The notes under the pieces were generated by a model. The model was not told the DNA's origin. It saw nothing but the letters and a program-made list of their open reading frames with translations, and did not search any database. Shown piece after piece: positions 10,616-20,380 of a DNA stretch of 64,000 bases (within the stretch, counting starts at the first letter, position 1; every line of letters begins with the position of its first letter). The position numbers were made by a program, and so were the translations under genes. The DNA lies in assembly GCA_041740355.1 (NCBI GenBank), contig JBGSMD010000030.1, positions 32,001 to 96,000 of the forward strand. The letters are read 5' to 3'. This DNA is from Bdellovibrionota bacterium (GTDB taxonomy: Bacteria > Bdellovibrionota_C > UBA2361 > CALJRW01).

Positions 10616-10627
10616 TTTATATAAGTA

Positions 10628-12121
10628 ATGAACTTGACAGGAGAGCATACATTTAATTTACAACCAGGAGCGGTAATTGCTGGTCGCTTTGAAATACTAA
10701 AGGCTTTAGGGTCAGGTAGTATGGGATTGGTTTATGCCTGTCGTGATCGAGAATTCTCAGGGAGAATTTTAGCGGTTAAAGTTCTGTTTCCTGAAGTAGC
10801 CAACGATCAAGTTTCCATGGCCCGTTTTCGCAATGAAATTGTTGCCTCTTATAAAGTTTCCCACCCCAATGTAATTCGTTCGTTTGAGTTAGTTCGCGAT
10901 GACGATTTGATCGCCTACACAATGGAACATATTGATGGTGGCACGCTGCTAGAATTCATTAGCGCAGATAAACTAATTGATCTTAATTTTGCTATTAAGC
11001 TGATGATTCAAATGTGTGCAGGGGTTCAAGCAATTCATGATGCGGGTATTGTGCACCGTGATTTAAAACCAGAAAATATTCTCTTGACCAATGAAAACTC
11101 CGTTAAAATTGCCGACTTTGGTATAGCTCGAACGGCTCATGGGCCAAAGCTTACGGAACATGGTGGTGTTGTTGGTACTATTGATTATGTTAGTCCCGAA
11201 TACATCTTAGAATCCAAAGTAGATTGGAGGTCAGATATTTATGCCCTTGGAGTTCTAAGTTATGAGTTAGTTACTGGGCATGCTCCGTTTCGTGGCGATA
11301 GTGTATACAGTACGATGACTAAACGCTTAAATGAAGATCCAGCGCCTCCAAGTTCGATCCGAGCGGAATGTTCCCCTGAATTAGATCATATTATCTTAAA
11401 GGCATTAGCTCGAAAAATTGATGATCGCTATCAATCGGCAGCGATCATGGCTAGCGATCTGGTTAAAATTTACCGCGAAGATCATAATAGTCCGCTATCA
11501 ATTAATAGTACTGCTTTGGTTAATGCCGATCCCACTAAGTTTAAGGGGCCCATTTTGGATCAAGAAGCAGTCGAGGCATTAGCTCCTCCGCTCCCGGAGT
11601 TAAGTAGCGTGCCAGGGGATTCTGCAACTACTCCGAAAAGAACGCGTTCCCGAACTGATTCACATGTAAAAATTAATTTCCAACCCGTTAATAGTACTAA
11701 TGACTCTGATCGTAATACGTTGAATCAGCTTAATTTGGCTAAGACCGCAACAATTGAACCAGGAGTTATTGATATTGCAGCTTATTATCATAATCGAGTT
11801 AATGATAATTCCAAGATGGAAAGTGTGATTGATCGCTCTATGAATCGTAGTATGACAAGTCCCAATAATCTTTCGGAGTCAATTCAGATTAATACTGGAA
11901 GTATCAGTCAAGAAAGGCTTAGACAACTGAATAGAACGTCGTTTTCATCAAAGGTTAAAAATCAATTCCAGAGACTTATATTATTGTTCATTGCTTCTTT
12001 AGCAATTGTCTTAGGACTAGCTAGTGGTTATTATTTAATTAATTTTTTGTTTGGACCTGAAGATATTTTTCAAGTTTTGGAATCTTTAATACTTAGAATT
12101 ACTAAAATAGTTGGATTATGA
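10628..12121 (+). CDS. Hanks-type Ser/Thr protein kinase with C-terminal TM helix
   Basis: LGSGSMGLVY, AVKVL, HRDLKPENIL, DFGIA, GTIDYVSPE, SDIYALG all intact. Confidence 0.97.
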   Translation: MNLTGEHTFNLQPGAVIAGRFEILKALGSGSMGLVYACRDREFSGRILAVKVLFPEVANDQVSMARFRNEIVASYKVSHPNVIRSFELVRDDDLIAYTMEHIDGGTLLEFISADKLIDLNFAIKLMIQMCAGVQAIHDAGIVHRDLKPENILLTNENSVKIADFGIARTAHGPKLTEHGGVVGTIDYVSPEYILESKVDWRSDIYALGVLSYELVTGHAPFRGDSVYSTMTKRLNEDPAPPSSIRAECSPELDHIILKALARKIDDRYQSAAIMASDLVKIYREDHNSPLSINSTALVNADPTKFKGPILDQEAVEALAPPLPELSSVPGDSATTPKRTRSRTDSHVKINFQPVNSTNDSDRNTLNQLNLAKTATIEPGVIDIAAYYHNRVNDNSKMESVIDRSMNRSMTSPNNLSESIQINTGSISQERLRQLNRTSFSSKVKNQFQRLILLFIASLAIVLGLASGYYLINFLFGPEDIFQVLESLILRITKIVGL

Positions 12122-13275
12122 AATTATTAATTATCGATATTTCTGCTGAAGCACAGGCTAAGTGTGCCAAAAGAATTGAGACCTTTCACCGCAGTGATAT
12201 GGAAAGCCTTGATTTGCAAGTTCAACTAGTTGGCCCTGCTGATTATATTTCTCGTGTAAATGAAGTAGATGTTTTAGTTTTAGGCGCAGGGCTTGGAGAA
12301 AAAGCAATTAATATTGCCCGTCAAGCTACTTCGATGGTGCCATGGCTGCATGTAATCATGTTCGTCAATGAAACAGCGTATGGGGGAGGAGCTTTTCGGG
12401 CAGCCCATTCTGCTGGAGTTCGAAAAGTGTTTCCAGATAATGCTACCCCCCTAGATTTCTTGCAAGAACTGGTGGCAATACATGCCGAATTTAGACGTTC
12501 AGGTAGAACTCGAGATGGAATCGTTATTGCGGTAACGCATGCCAAGGGTGGCGTGGGAGCGACTACTATGGCAGCAGGTTTAGCCGAAGTTTGTTCTGCC
12601 TTTCGTCGTCGAACAATGATCTGGGATTTAGATGTTGAAACTAGAGATTTAAGTCGGGGCTTAACTGTGAATGGAGCAGAAGCAAAAGTGGTTAGTGCTT
12701 GGGTTAATGGTAGTCGTGAGGTTACTAGAGAATCATTAAATGATGCCTTAATTCCAATAAGCAGTGACGTTTCAGTTTTGATGCCACCGGATCGCATGGC
12801 GGAATCAATGGATTTAGTATGCCATACAGATAGTATTAACTTAGTACAGCGAGTCATGGAATTAGCTCGAGTATTATTTGAAGTTGTGATTGTAGATACT
12901 GCCGGTCGAATGGGTCCGGCAACTGGAGCTGTCCTTAGAAATGCAGATATAGTTTTAACAGTAATTGATGACACAGTGTTAGGTTTAACAGCAGTAGATT
13001 TGTATCTGAGCTATATTAAAACCTTGGTTGCAGATATCAATCGAGTGAGATTTTTACTTAATCCATATTCCGGTGCCTTGTTGGATATGAATCAAATAGT
13101 TTTAGCTTTGAATGAGCACAACTTACCAGATAAAGCCTGGAGCTTGCCGCCAGTTCCGAATGATCCGAAAGGCTCAGTGTGGCCAGGAACAGGTCGGACA
13201 ATTTATAGTATGGGACAAAAAGATACTCGCAACACTTTAGAGGCTATCGCCACTGAGTTAGGGTTGATTAATTAA
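12118..13275 (+). CDS. cpaE: CpaE/TadZ-like pilus assembly protein (receiver-like domain + MinD-like ATPase)
   Basis: Deviant Walker A AKGGVGATT, WDLD, VIVDT; ATGA overlap with the kinase; Tad context. Confidence 0.85.
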   Translation: MKLLIIDISAEAQAKCAKRIETFHRSDMESLDLQVQLVGPADYISRVNEVDVLVLGAGLGEKAINIARQATSMVPWLHVIMFVNETAYGGGAFRAAHSAGVRKVFPDNATPLDFLQELVAIHAEFRRSGRTRDGIVIAVTHAKGGVGATTMAAGLAEVCSAFRRRTMIWDLDVETRDLSRGLTVNGAEAKVVSAWVNGSREVTRESLNDALIPISSDVSVLMPPDRMAESMDLVCHTDSINLVQRVMELARVLFEVVIVDTAGRMGPATGAVLRNADIVLTVIDDTVLGLTAVDLYLSYIKTLVADINRVRFLLNPYSGALLDMNQIVLALNEHNLPDKAWSLPPVPNDPKGSVWPGTGRTIYSMGQKDTRNTLEAIATELGLIN

Positions 13276-13295
13276 CAGTATTTAAGGAATGATTT

Positions 13296-14183
13296 ATGTC
13301 TAGACATTTTGGTGGAGTTCCAAGTAAACGTGGACCTGATCAGCGAACATTAATAATTGTTGTAGCTAGTTTCTTTATGATCATTCTGATGGTTTTAGCT
13401 GTAATGCTAATAAAGAAAGGTGGAAATGATAATTCGGTTCAAGTTACAACAGATAATACTGATATTAACTTAGCAAATGTTTTGGTACCAATTCGACGAA
13501 TTGAAGTAGGTGAAAAACTATCGCCAGATATGTTTAGAATTGAGCTACGATCACGTTTCGGGTTATCGGAGGGAGTTATCGGTGATATGGCCTCAATTGA
13601 AGGATTCTATTCACGATCACTAATCTTACCTGAACAGCCATTGTATCGAGATTACTTAACTCAATATGGAAGTAATAATCCAATCGTTCAAGAAATTCCT
13701 GCAGGTTTCCGAGCTGTTTCTATCCGTGTGGATGATACTTCCAGCGTTGAGGGTTGGATTAGAAAAGGTTCGATTGTTGATGTGCAATTAGTTACTAAAG
13801 TTAATGCCCAAGATATCTTAAAAGTAATCGTGGAAAAAGCAAAAGTACTATCTGCTGAAAGAACGGTAGTAGCTAATACTCAACAAACTGTGGATAAGGT
13901 TCCAACCACAGTAACTTTATTAGTTAATTCAGATGACGCCAATAAAATAACTTTGGCCTCAATGAATGGACGCTTAAACTTAGTTTTGCGTAATCCTGAT
14001 GATGATATTCAAAACCCTGCATCTTCAATCGACATGCCAAATGTTATGAATTTGCAACGTAATCTTCCACAAATTGAAGCTAAGCGAAGTTGCCCGGGTC
14101 GTTTAGTTGTTGGTGGAGAAACTAGATGCATCTGTGCTAACGGCGACATGATTGAAGCAGATGAAAATGGCAAGTGTAGCTAG
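13296..14183 (+). CDS. cpaB: Flp pilus assembly protein CpaB/RcpC
   Basis: N-terminal TM, SAF domain, IPAGFRAVSIRVD..SSVEGWI..G..VDV, VTLLV, G.L.LVLRNP.D. Confidence 0.92.
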   Translation: MSRHFGGVPSKRGPDQRTLIIVVASFFMIILMVLAVMLIKKGGNDNSVQVTTDNTDINLANVLVPIRRIEVGEKLSPDMFRIELRSRFGLSEGVIGDMASIEGFYSRSLILPEQPLYRDYLTQYGSNNPIVQEIPAGFRAVSIRVDDTSSVEGWIRKGSIVDVQLVTKVNAQDILKVIVEKAKVLSAERTVVANTQQTVDKVPTTVTLLVNSDDANKITLASMNGRLNLVLRNPDDDIQNPASSIDMPNVMNLQRNLPQIEAKRSCPGRLVVGGETRCICANGDMIEADENGKCS

Positions 14184-14194
14184 AGTTTCAAGTA

Positions 14195-14228
14195 TCTTGG
14201 AGACTTTAATTAATTAAAGTCTCCAAGA
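14195..14228. promoter_or_regulatory. Perfect 34-bp palindrome between cpaB and cpaF (hairpin or operator)
   Basis: TCTTGGAGACTTTAATTAATTAAAGTCTCCAAGA equals its own reverse complement. Confidence 0.6.
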
Positions 14229-14252
14229 ATAATTTTATGAGTTAATTATAAG

Positions 14253-15770
14253 ATGTCAGATAAAGACAACGACTTAAGCGGATTATTCTCAACTAGAAGT
14301 AGCCGTGCTAGGTTAACAACTGATGGAAAAGGAGCTGAGCATACTAGTGGAGGTTCCTCTTCTTCGTCGGAAGTGGCAACACCTTCTACTAATCCAACTG
14401 GCAACAATAACAATCGCCGTGATACACAAAAACTGAGTGGTCAACTTGGTGCCCGAGTGGGTTCAAGTGGAGCGATGAGATCGTCTAGCTTATCTACGCT
14501 AGGAAATACAATCCTGAAGGAAGTCCGTCGAGAATTAGGAAATGAATTCAACATTTCCGATGAGCAAGGTTCTGATGTTAGTGAAGCTAATATCACTCGA
14601 GCTGTTGATCGTGTTTTGAAAAAACGTTCTGAGTCATTAGATGATTTAGAAAAAGCAAATATTATTATCCATCTTCAAAAAGATTTATTAGGATGGGGGG
14701 TTTTACAACCATTAATTGATAATGTGGAAGTTACAGATATTCACGTCTATGATTATCGTACAGTAGTTTTACAAAGAGGTAAAAACAGTGAAATTACCGG
14801 AATTAACTGGCCAAATCATCAGGCTTATGTTTCTTTTATTGATCGAGTTTTATTAAGACTTGGTAAGTCCTTATCTACTGCGCAACATACTATTGATGCC
14901 TCATTTGTAAATGGAATACGTATTTGTGCAGTTCATGAAAGTGTTTGTGGTGCAAAAGGACCTTACCTGTGTATTCGTGTTCCAAGGATTGTCGATGCTA
15001 CTCTTGATAGTATTGTTACTTATCAAGTTGCCCCTCCAATAATCGTGGATTATTTAGCTTCCTTAACTCGTTCGGGACTTTGCACGATCATGCTAGCAGG
15101 TGAGACTGGTACTGGTAAGACAACACTAATGCGTTGCTTGGCATCTCAGTTTGGACCAGATGAAGCAATTGTCAGTGTAGAAGATACTCCGGAATTAAAC
15201 TTAGTTCACCCATTTTATCGTTGTTTAGTTTCTCGTGCTCCAAACTCGGAAGGTATTGGGGAGGTTACTTTGCAAGAACACATTAAAACAACTCTAAGGA
15301 TGACACCGACTAGAGTTCTCTTAGGGGAGATGCGTACTCCCTTAGCCGCCGAAGCCTTCTTAGAATCTGCTCAGACTGGTCACGTAGGAATGTCCACAAT
15401 CCACGCACGTAATGCCAAGGAAACATTAGTTCGATTAGAAAGCTTATTGGGACGGGCCCAGAAATCAGTTTCTGTAGATATTATTAGGCAGCAAATTGCC
15501 TTAGCTGTAGATTTAGTTATTTGGTTAGTTCGCGAAAAAGGTAGTGGTAAACCTAGGATCGCCGAAGTTGTTGAAATCGGTCATTATGTGGAAGGACAGA
15601 TTCAAGTTAGGCCAATGTTTACTTTAATCAAACCTGGTCAACAGCCTGTTTGGAGAGTTGAATCTTGGGCCAGTAACTTTGAGGAAGTATTAGCGGATGA
15701 TAATATTTTCTTAGGTAATTTACCAACTGAAGTTACTCTAAATACCGCCGGCTCTGGTGGACTTCGTTAG
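14253..15770 (+). CDS. cpaF: CpaF/TadA-family secretion ATPase
   Basis: Walker A GETGTGKTT, Asp box VEDTPEL, Walker B LRMTPTRVLLGEMR, His box TGH..MSTIHA. Confidence 0.93.
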   Translation: MSDKDNDLSGLFSTRSSRARLTTDGKGAEHTSGGSSSSSEVATPSTNPTGNNNNRRDTQKLSGQLGARVGSSGAMRSSSLSTLGNTILKEVRRELGNEFNISDEQGSDVSEANITRAVDRVLKKRSESLDDLEKANIIIHLQKDLLGWGVLQPLIDNVEVTDIHVYDYRTVVLQRGKNSEITGINWPNHQAYVSFIDRVLLRLGKSLSTAQHTIDASFVNGIRICAVHESVCGAKGPYLCIRVPRIVDATLDSIVTYQVAPPIIVDYLASLTRSGLCTIMLAGETGTGKTTLMRCLASQFGPDEAIVSVEDTPELNLVHPFYRCLVSRAPNSEGIGEVTLQEHIKTTLRMTPTRVLLGEMRTPLAAEAFLESAQTGHVGMSTIHARNAKETLVRLESLLGRAQKSVSVDIIRQQIALAVDLVIWLVREKGSGKPRIAEVVEIGHYVEGQIQVRPMFTLIKPGQQPVWRVESWASNFEEVLADDNIFLGNLPTEVTLNTAGSGGLR

Positions 15771-16235
15771 CTATAACTTTAAATTTCAGTTCATTTGGTG
15801 ACTAACTTTACAAGCTAAGTTTCCTTGGGAGATCAATTTTTCTATAAAGAAAAATTCTTCTATTCGATTGTAGCTCCTAAAGAATTGAAACTAAAGGTTA
15901 TTCCCATTCATCTTATTTAATTTTATACTGTATAAATAGTAATTGCCTGAAGTCTTTTTCAAAAAAGTTTTTTGAGAATCTTTGTGGAGTTACTATTTTA
16001 GATTGTATTTAAAATCATTGACTTGATTCTCAAGCGCGAATTGCTTGAGGGTGAGCAAAGGGTCTTTCAAACTTGGATTTTTCTCTTTTGTAGTAAAGCT
16101 AAGGTAGAAATAAAGATTGATCAGCCCAAGTCCTAAAAGGTAATTTTAAAAACTTAGCATCTTATTGCTAGGTGTAATGATTAGCTTTATCAAAGCTCAA
16201 ATTAAAGTTTTGTGTCTTAATTAATATTTTCCGAA

Positions 16236-17207
16236 ATGAATATCCTGATCCTTGGAATAATGTTTTTAGTTTGTTTGATTGCGGGGGTAATTGTCTACCT
16301 TTTATTTGGCATGACCAAGTCTAAAAAGACATCTAGCAAAAGCCAAATCCAAAATATTATGCAGGCTCAACGTAGTAATGGTAATTTGAGTCGGGCAGAA
16401 CAAAGAAATAATAAACTTGATAAGGTTTTATTATCAACAGAAAAAAAAGTTACAACTTCCGGTGATATGACTTTGCCGAAGAAGCTGCGTTATGCCAGAT
16501 GGAAGATGCCTCCGATTGTGTTTATTGTTTTACAAGTAGTTATAAGTCTAGTTGCAGTTTTTATGGCTAATATTTTTTTTGATTGGCCAATTATCTGCGT
16601 TTCTATTTTCTTAGGTCCGATTATCATGAATTCGCTAGTCGGTATGGCGATGAACCGAAGATTTAAATCCTTTGACAAAGATTATCCTTCCTTTCTACTT
16701 AACGTTGTAAGTATGTTACGAATAGGGATGAACGTAGTAACCGCAATCCAATCTGCTGCCGAAGGATTAAATCCCGAGTCCTTAGTCCGAGAAGAAGTTA
16801 CTTTGATGCTTGATCGTTTAAAACTTGGGGTGTCGGAAGATAAGTCAATTGGTGCCTTTGGTGAGGATATCAATCATCCGGAAATTGAGCTTTTTGTTCA
16901 GGCTGTAATTTTAAGTCGCCGCTTAGGGGGTAACTTATCAGATACGCTGGATCGCTTGTCTCAACAAGTACGTAAACGTCAATTTTTCCGTTCTTCCGCG
17001 GAGGCTGCAGTATCCTTACAGAGAGGTTCGATTTGGGTAATCCTAGGGATCATGGTTTCTTTAGAAGGGTATATTTTAGTAACCAGTCCGGATTTAATTA
17101 TGACCGCGATCAATGATGATTTTGGTTGGCTAGTTTGGCAAGGGGCTGTTGTGACAATCTTTATTGGAATTTTATGGGTGAGACAAGTTACAAAAATTAA
17201 AGTTTAA
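16236..17207 (+). CDS. tadB: TadB-like inner-membrane platform protein (T2SSF domain)
   Basis: RR...FD..YP.FL......LRIG, GGNLSDTLDRL; TM pattern. Confidence 0.88.
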   Translation: MNILILGIMFLVCLIAGVIVYLLFGMTKSKKTSSKSQIQNIMQAQRSNGNLSRAEQRNNKLDKVLLSTEKKVTTSGDMTLPKKLRYARWKMPPIVFIVLQVVISLVAVFMANIFFDWPIICVSIFLGPIIMNSLVGMAMNRRFKSFDKDYPSFLLNVVSMLRIGMNVVTAIQSAAEGLNPESLVREEVTLMLDRLKLGVSEDKSIGAFGEDINHPEIELFVQAVILSRRLGGNLSDTLDRLSQQVRKRQFFRSSAEAAVSLQRGSIWVILGIMVSLEGYILVTSPDLIMTAINDDFGWLVWQGAVVTIFIGILWVRQVTKIKV

Positions 17208-17210
17208 TCA

Positions 17211-18140
17211 ATGGATGTTAATACACTACTAATAATCTTAATTGCTTTTTTTATCCTGATATTCTTTGGAGTATTTGCTTATTTATTTTTAGGTCGGAAG
17301 AAAGAAAGTAATTTAGCGAACTTGATTAAAGTTACTAGGCCTAATGCTGGCAAGATTAATCGAAATTCAGTTAAAGAGAAAATGGCTTCGGCAAATGAGG
17401 ACATTCGTGAGATCACTGAAACTCAGCGCAGAAATTATTCGAAGAAAAAAGTTAAAGTTACGGAAGAGGAGCGTTATTATCATGCCGGCCTGTTAAGTAA
17501 TAAGCAACGTGATAATTTCAAAAAATTCCGATTTTATGCACCTATTGTTGCGGCTGTTATTTTGACGATCTTCACTTATTTTGTGTTAGGGAAAAATCTA
17601 GCCTTATTTGGCTTAGCGATTGGAGCTTTAGCCGGAGTAGCGCTTCCAGGTTTTTATTTAGATCGCTTGATCAGTAAGCGTTACGAAGAGATAATGTATT
17701 ATTTGCCACTTGTAATTGAGCAAATTGCCATTGGTGTAAGCAGCTCGCTAGATATTGGCCCCTGTCTTCAACGCGTAATCCAAATGGCAGATGAACGAGA
17801 TTCCCATAATGTGGTGACAGAATTAATTTTTCATGCCGAGCGCTATATCCGAACAGGGGTAAGTTTAGAAGAAGCAATGAATGAGATTGGTACTAAGTCA
17901 GGTCACCCAGAATTAAAACATGCGTTTATGGCTCTTGCTCAAGTTTCTAAGCATGGGGGAGAGATCTCTCACCAATTACAAGAATTAGCAAGTGCGGTTT
18001 CAAGTCAACGAGAGACTCAGATTGATTCCAAGATTAAGCGCTTGGAGTTAAAAGCAACTGGGCCAGTTGCATTGGTTTTTGTAGCTTTTATGGGAACTTT
18101 AATGATCGGTATTATGATCAAAATTAAAAAGAATTTATAA
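17211..18140 (+). CDS. tadC: TadC-like inner-membrane platform protein
   Basis: R..EI...LP..IE.....V.S.L, L.Q..K.GG.I...L, K...PV; follows tadB. Confidence 0.85.
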   Translation: MDVNTLLIILIAFFILIFFGVFAYLFLGRKKESNLANLIKVTRPNAGKINRNSVKEKMASANEDIREITETQRRNYSKKKVKVTEEERYYHAGLLSNKQRDNFKKFRFYAPIVAAVILTIFTYFVLGKNLALFGLAIGALAGVALPGFYLDRLISKRYEEIMYYLPLVIEQIAIGVSSSLDIGPCLQRVIQMADERDSHNVVTELIFHAERYIRTGVSLEEAMNEIGTKSGHPELKHAFMALAQVSKHGGEISHQLQELASAVSSQRETQIDSKIKRLELKATGPVALVFVAFMGTLMIGIMIKIKKNL

Positions 18141-18298
18141 ATGTTTAGCCTTGGTAGTCAACGAATGAAAAAACTTGAAGTGTCTTTGCTGTAGTAAAAG
18201 TACAGTTGTGACTTGAGCATTTTTTTTGAATTCGACCTACACTCTAACTTAAAAATTAACATAAAGGCATAACCTTAGTGTTACTATGATGAATTTGA

Positions 18299-20380
18299 AT
18301 GCTTAAATTTTTAAGAAACATTAATAGCGATTTTTTCGTAGCTCTATTCGTATTGTGCGTCGCTGCGCTGCTATTTGTTCCCCTTCCTACAGCACTATTA
18401 GATGTTTTAATTGCTGGGAATATCGCCTTTTCTTTACTTCTTTTATTGATTGGTCTTTCTCTTAACAATGTACTCTCCCTCCTTACATTTCCCACCTTAT
18501 TACTGCTATCAACATTATTTCGACTGAGCTTAAATGTCGCATCTTCCCGTCTAATTCTTAGTCAAGGAGATGCTGGTCAAGTTATCCATTCATTTGGTAC
18601 ATTTTTAATTCAGGGTGAATTAGTAGTTGGGATAATTATTTTCTTAATGTTAACCGTAATTAATTTGATAGTCATTACTCGTGGAGCGTCACGAGTATCG
18701 GAAGTAGCTGCCCGCTTCACCTTGGATGCTTTGCCAGGAAAGCAATTAACGATCGATTCCGATTTACGGACAGGTTTAATCTCCGCGGAGGATGCTAAAA
18801 AAAGACGTGAGGATTTGCGTAAAGAGAGCCAAGTATACGGTTCCATGGACGGAGCGATGAAATTTGTTCAAGGTGATGCCATTGCTGGAATCTTTATAAT
18901 TTGCGCTAATATGTTTGGGGGGATGTATCTTGGACTACGATCGGGCTTAAGTTTCTCTGAGGCACTTGAAACCTACACTGTCTTAACAATTGGAGATGGA
19001 TTAGTTACGCAAATTCCGGCATTGTTAGTTTCTAGTTGTGCGGGATTTGTGGTTACACGAGTCTCTACGGAAAATACTTCAACGCTAAGTTCAGATTTAG
19101 TAAGTCAGTTGCTTCGCAATCGTAAAATCCTTTTCACTGCTGCTATTGTAACCGCTTTTATTGCCTTCTTGCCAGGATTGCCAGCATGGCCGTTCTTATT
19201 TGCAGCATTGGTATTTGTATTCTTAGGGTTTATTATTCGATTTGACTCTCAGGGTAAACAGATTCTTTTTTCCAATAGTCCCCAGCTTAGACAAATAAGT
19301 GGCGGCAGTTCAAATTCTAAGATGTTGACGAATTCTACAACTGGCGCCTCAAATTTAAAAATTTATTTATCTGCCGATTTAATTAAAATCTTTGGAAATA
19401 ATCAGACTTATTATTTTGATTGGTGGAAACAAGAACAGCAGCAGTTTCATGAAAACTATGGAGTTGATTTACCAGATTTTCAGTTAATCCTTCGTCCCGA
19501 ATACTCGGGCGGAGAATTTAATTTAATTAATAAAGATTATTCCTTTTATCATGGAAACATCTCCGCGCAAACTTGCTACATAGAAATTGCCAGTGAGCAA
19601 TTAGCTTGTTATGGAATTAAAGTAATTAAGTCTGTCAGGGCACCAATTTCCCAACGGCGAGTATCTTTGGTCTTGGATTCTAATTTAATTCGTAGTTTGA
19701 AAGCTAATTCTCAATTAGTAGTTTTTGATGCATTGCAGTTTATCGCGCTACAAGCAAAAGATTTCTATTTTAGAAATCCCGAGCAACTTTTTACTTTAAC
19801 TAATATTCATTTATCAATCAAAGAGATCGAAAATCATTTTCCAGGATTATTTACGGAATTATTTGCTAATAATTTCTTTAATTCAGCCAGATTGTTGGAG
19901 CTTTCCAATGCCTTATTTCGATCCGGTCTTTACTACAAAAATGTTCGGACTCTTTTAGAGGATCTTGCGATTTATAGTTCCTCTTATGGTAAAGATCTAA
20001 TTCAAGCTAATGAATTTAATATTTCGGACATTGTCGACTTCTTACGAATGCAAAATAAGCGCCAGATTGTCGCTAGTCACTTAACACATAAAAAAAGTTT
20101 AAAAGTCATTTATGCCGGAGCAGAACTAAAACATTCTTTACTGCAAGCATCCAAACAAGATCGAAGTGTAAAAAAACAACTACTGAAATCTTTAGAAACC
20201 GTATATGATAGTTTAGCTGCTAAATCGAATTACACGGTTATGTTACTTGTGCCGAACGAATTGCGTCTAAAGTTAAACTCATTATTAATTGAGAATGGCT
20301 TAACCTATTCAGTGATTAGTTACAATGAAATTGACCCGGCTGTTAGTATTGAACCATTAGGAACTTGGAATTATAGTTAG
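18299..20380 (+). CDS. sctV: FHIPEP-family type III export gate protein, SctV(LcrD)-like with divergent cytoplasmic domain
   Basis: FPTLLL.STLFRLSLNVASSRLIL, RVSEVAARFTLDALPGKQ, GSMDGAMKFVQGDAIAG, LTIGDGLVTQIPALL, VISYNEI. Confidence 0.9.
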   Translation: MLKFLRNINSDFFVALFVLCVAALLFVPLPTALLDVLIAGNIAFSLLLLLIGLSLNNVLSLLTFPTLLLLSTLFRLSLNVASSRLILSQGDAGQVIHSFGTFLIQGELVVGIIIFLMLTVINLIVITRGASRVSEVAARFTLDALPGKQLTIDSDLRTGLISAEDAKKRREDLRKESQVYGSMDGAMKFVQGDAIAGIFIICANMFGGMYLGLRSGLSFSEALETYTVLTIGDGLVTQIPALLVSSCAGFVVTRVSTENTSTLSSDLVSQLLRNRKILFTAAIVTAFIAFLPGLPAWPFLFAALVFVFLGFIIRFDSQGKQILFSNSPQLRQISGGSSNSKMLTNSTTGASNLKIYLSADLIKIFGNNQTYYFDWWKQEQQQFHENYGVDLPDFQLILRPEYSGGEFNLINKDYSFYHGNISAQTCYIEIASEQLACYGIKVIKSVRAPISQRRVSLVLDSNLIRSLKANSQLVVFDALQFIALQAKDFYFRNPEQLFTLTNIHLSIKEIENHFPGLFTELFANNFFNSARLLELSNALFRSGLYYKNVRTLLEDLAIYSSSYGKDLIQANEFNISDIVDFLRMQNKRQIVASHLTHKKSLKVIYAGAELKHSLLQASKQDRSVKKQLLKSLETVYDSLAAKSNYTVMLLVPNELRLKLNSLLIENGLTYSVISYNEIDPAVSIEPLGTWNYS

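Noticed and set aside
12321-12974. Long antisense ORFs (also 26218-26724, 32198-32560, 45445-45909, 49434-49808, 57718-58053)
   Set aside because: They are shadows of well-supported genes on the opposite strand and have no motifs of their own.
18299-20380. Calling this gene flagellar flhA
   Set aside because: No flhB, flhF or fli neighbours, and the DGAMKFV variant favours SctV; a phylogeny is still needed.
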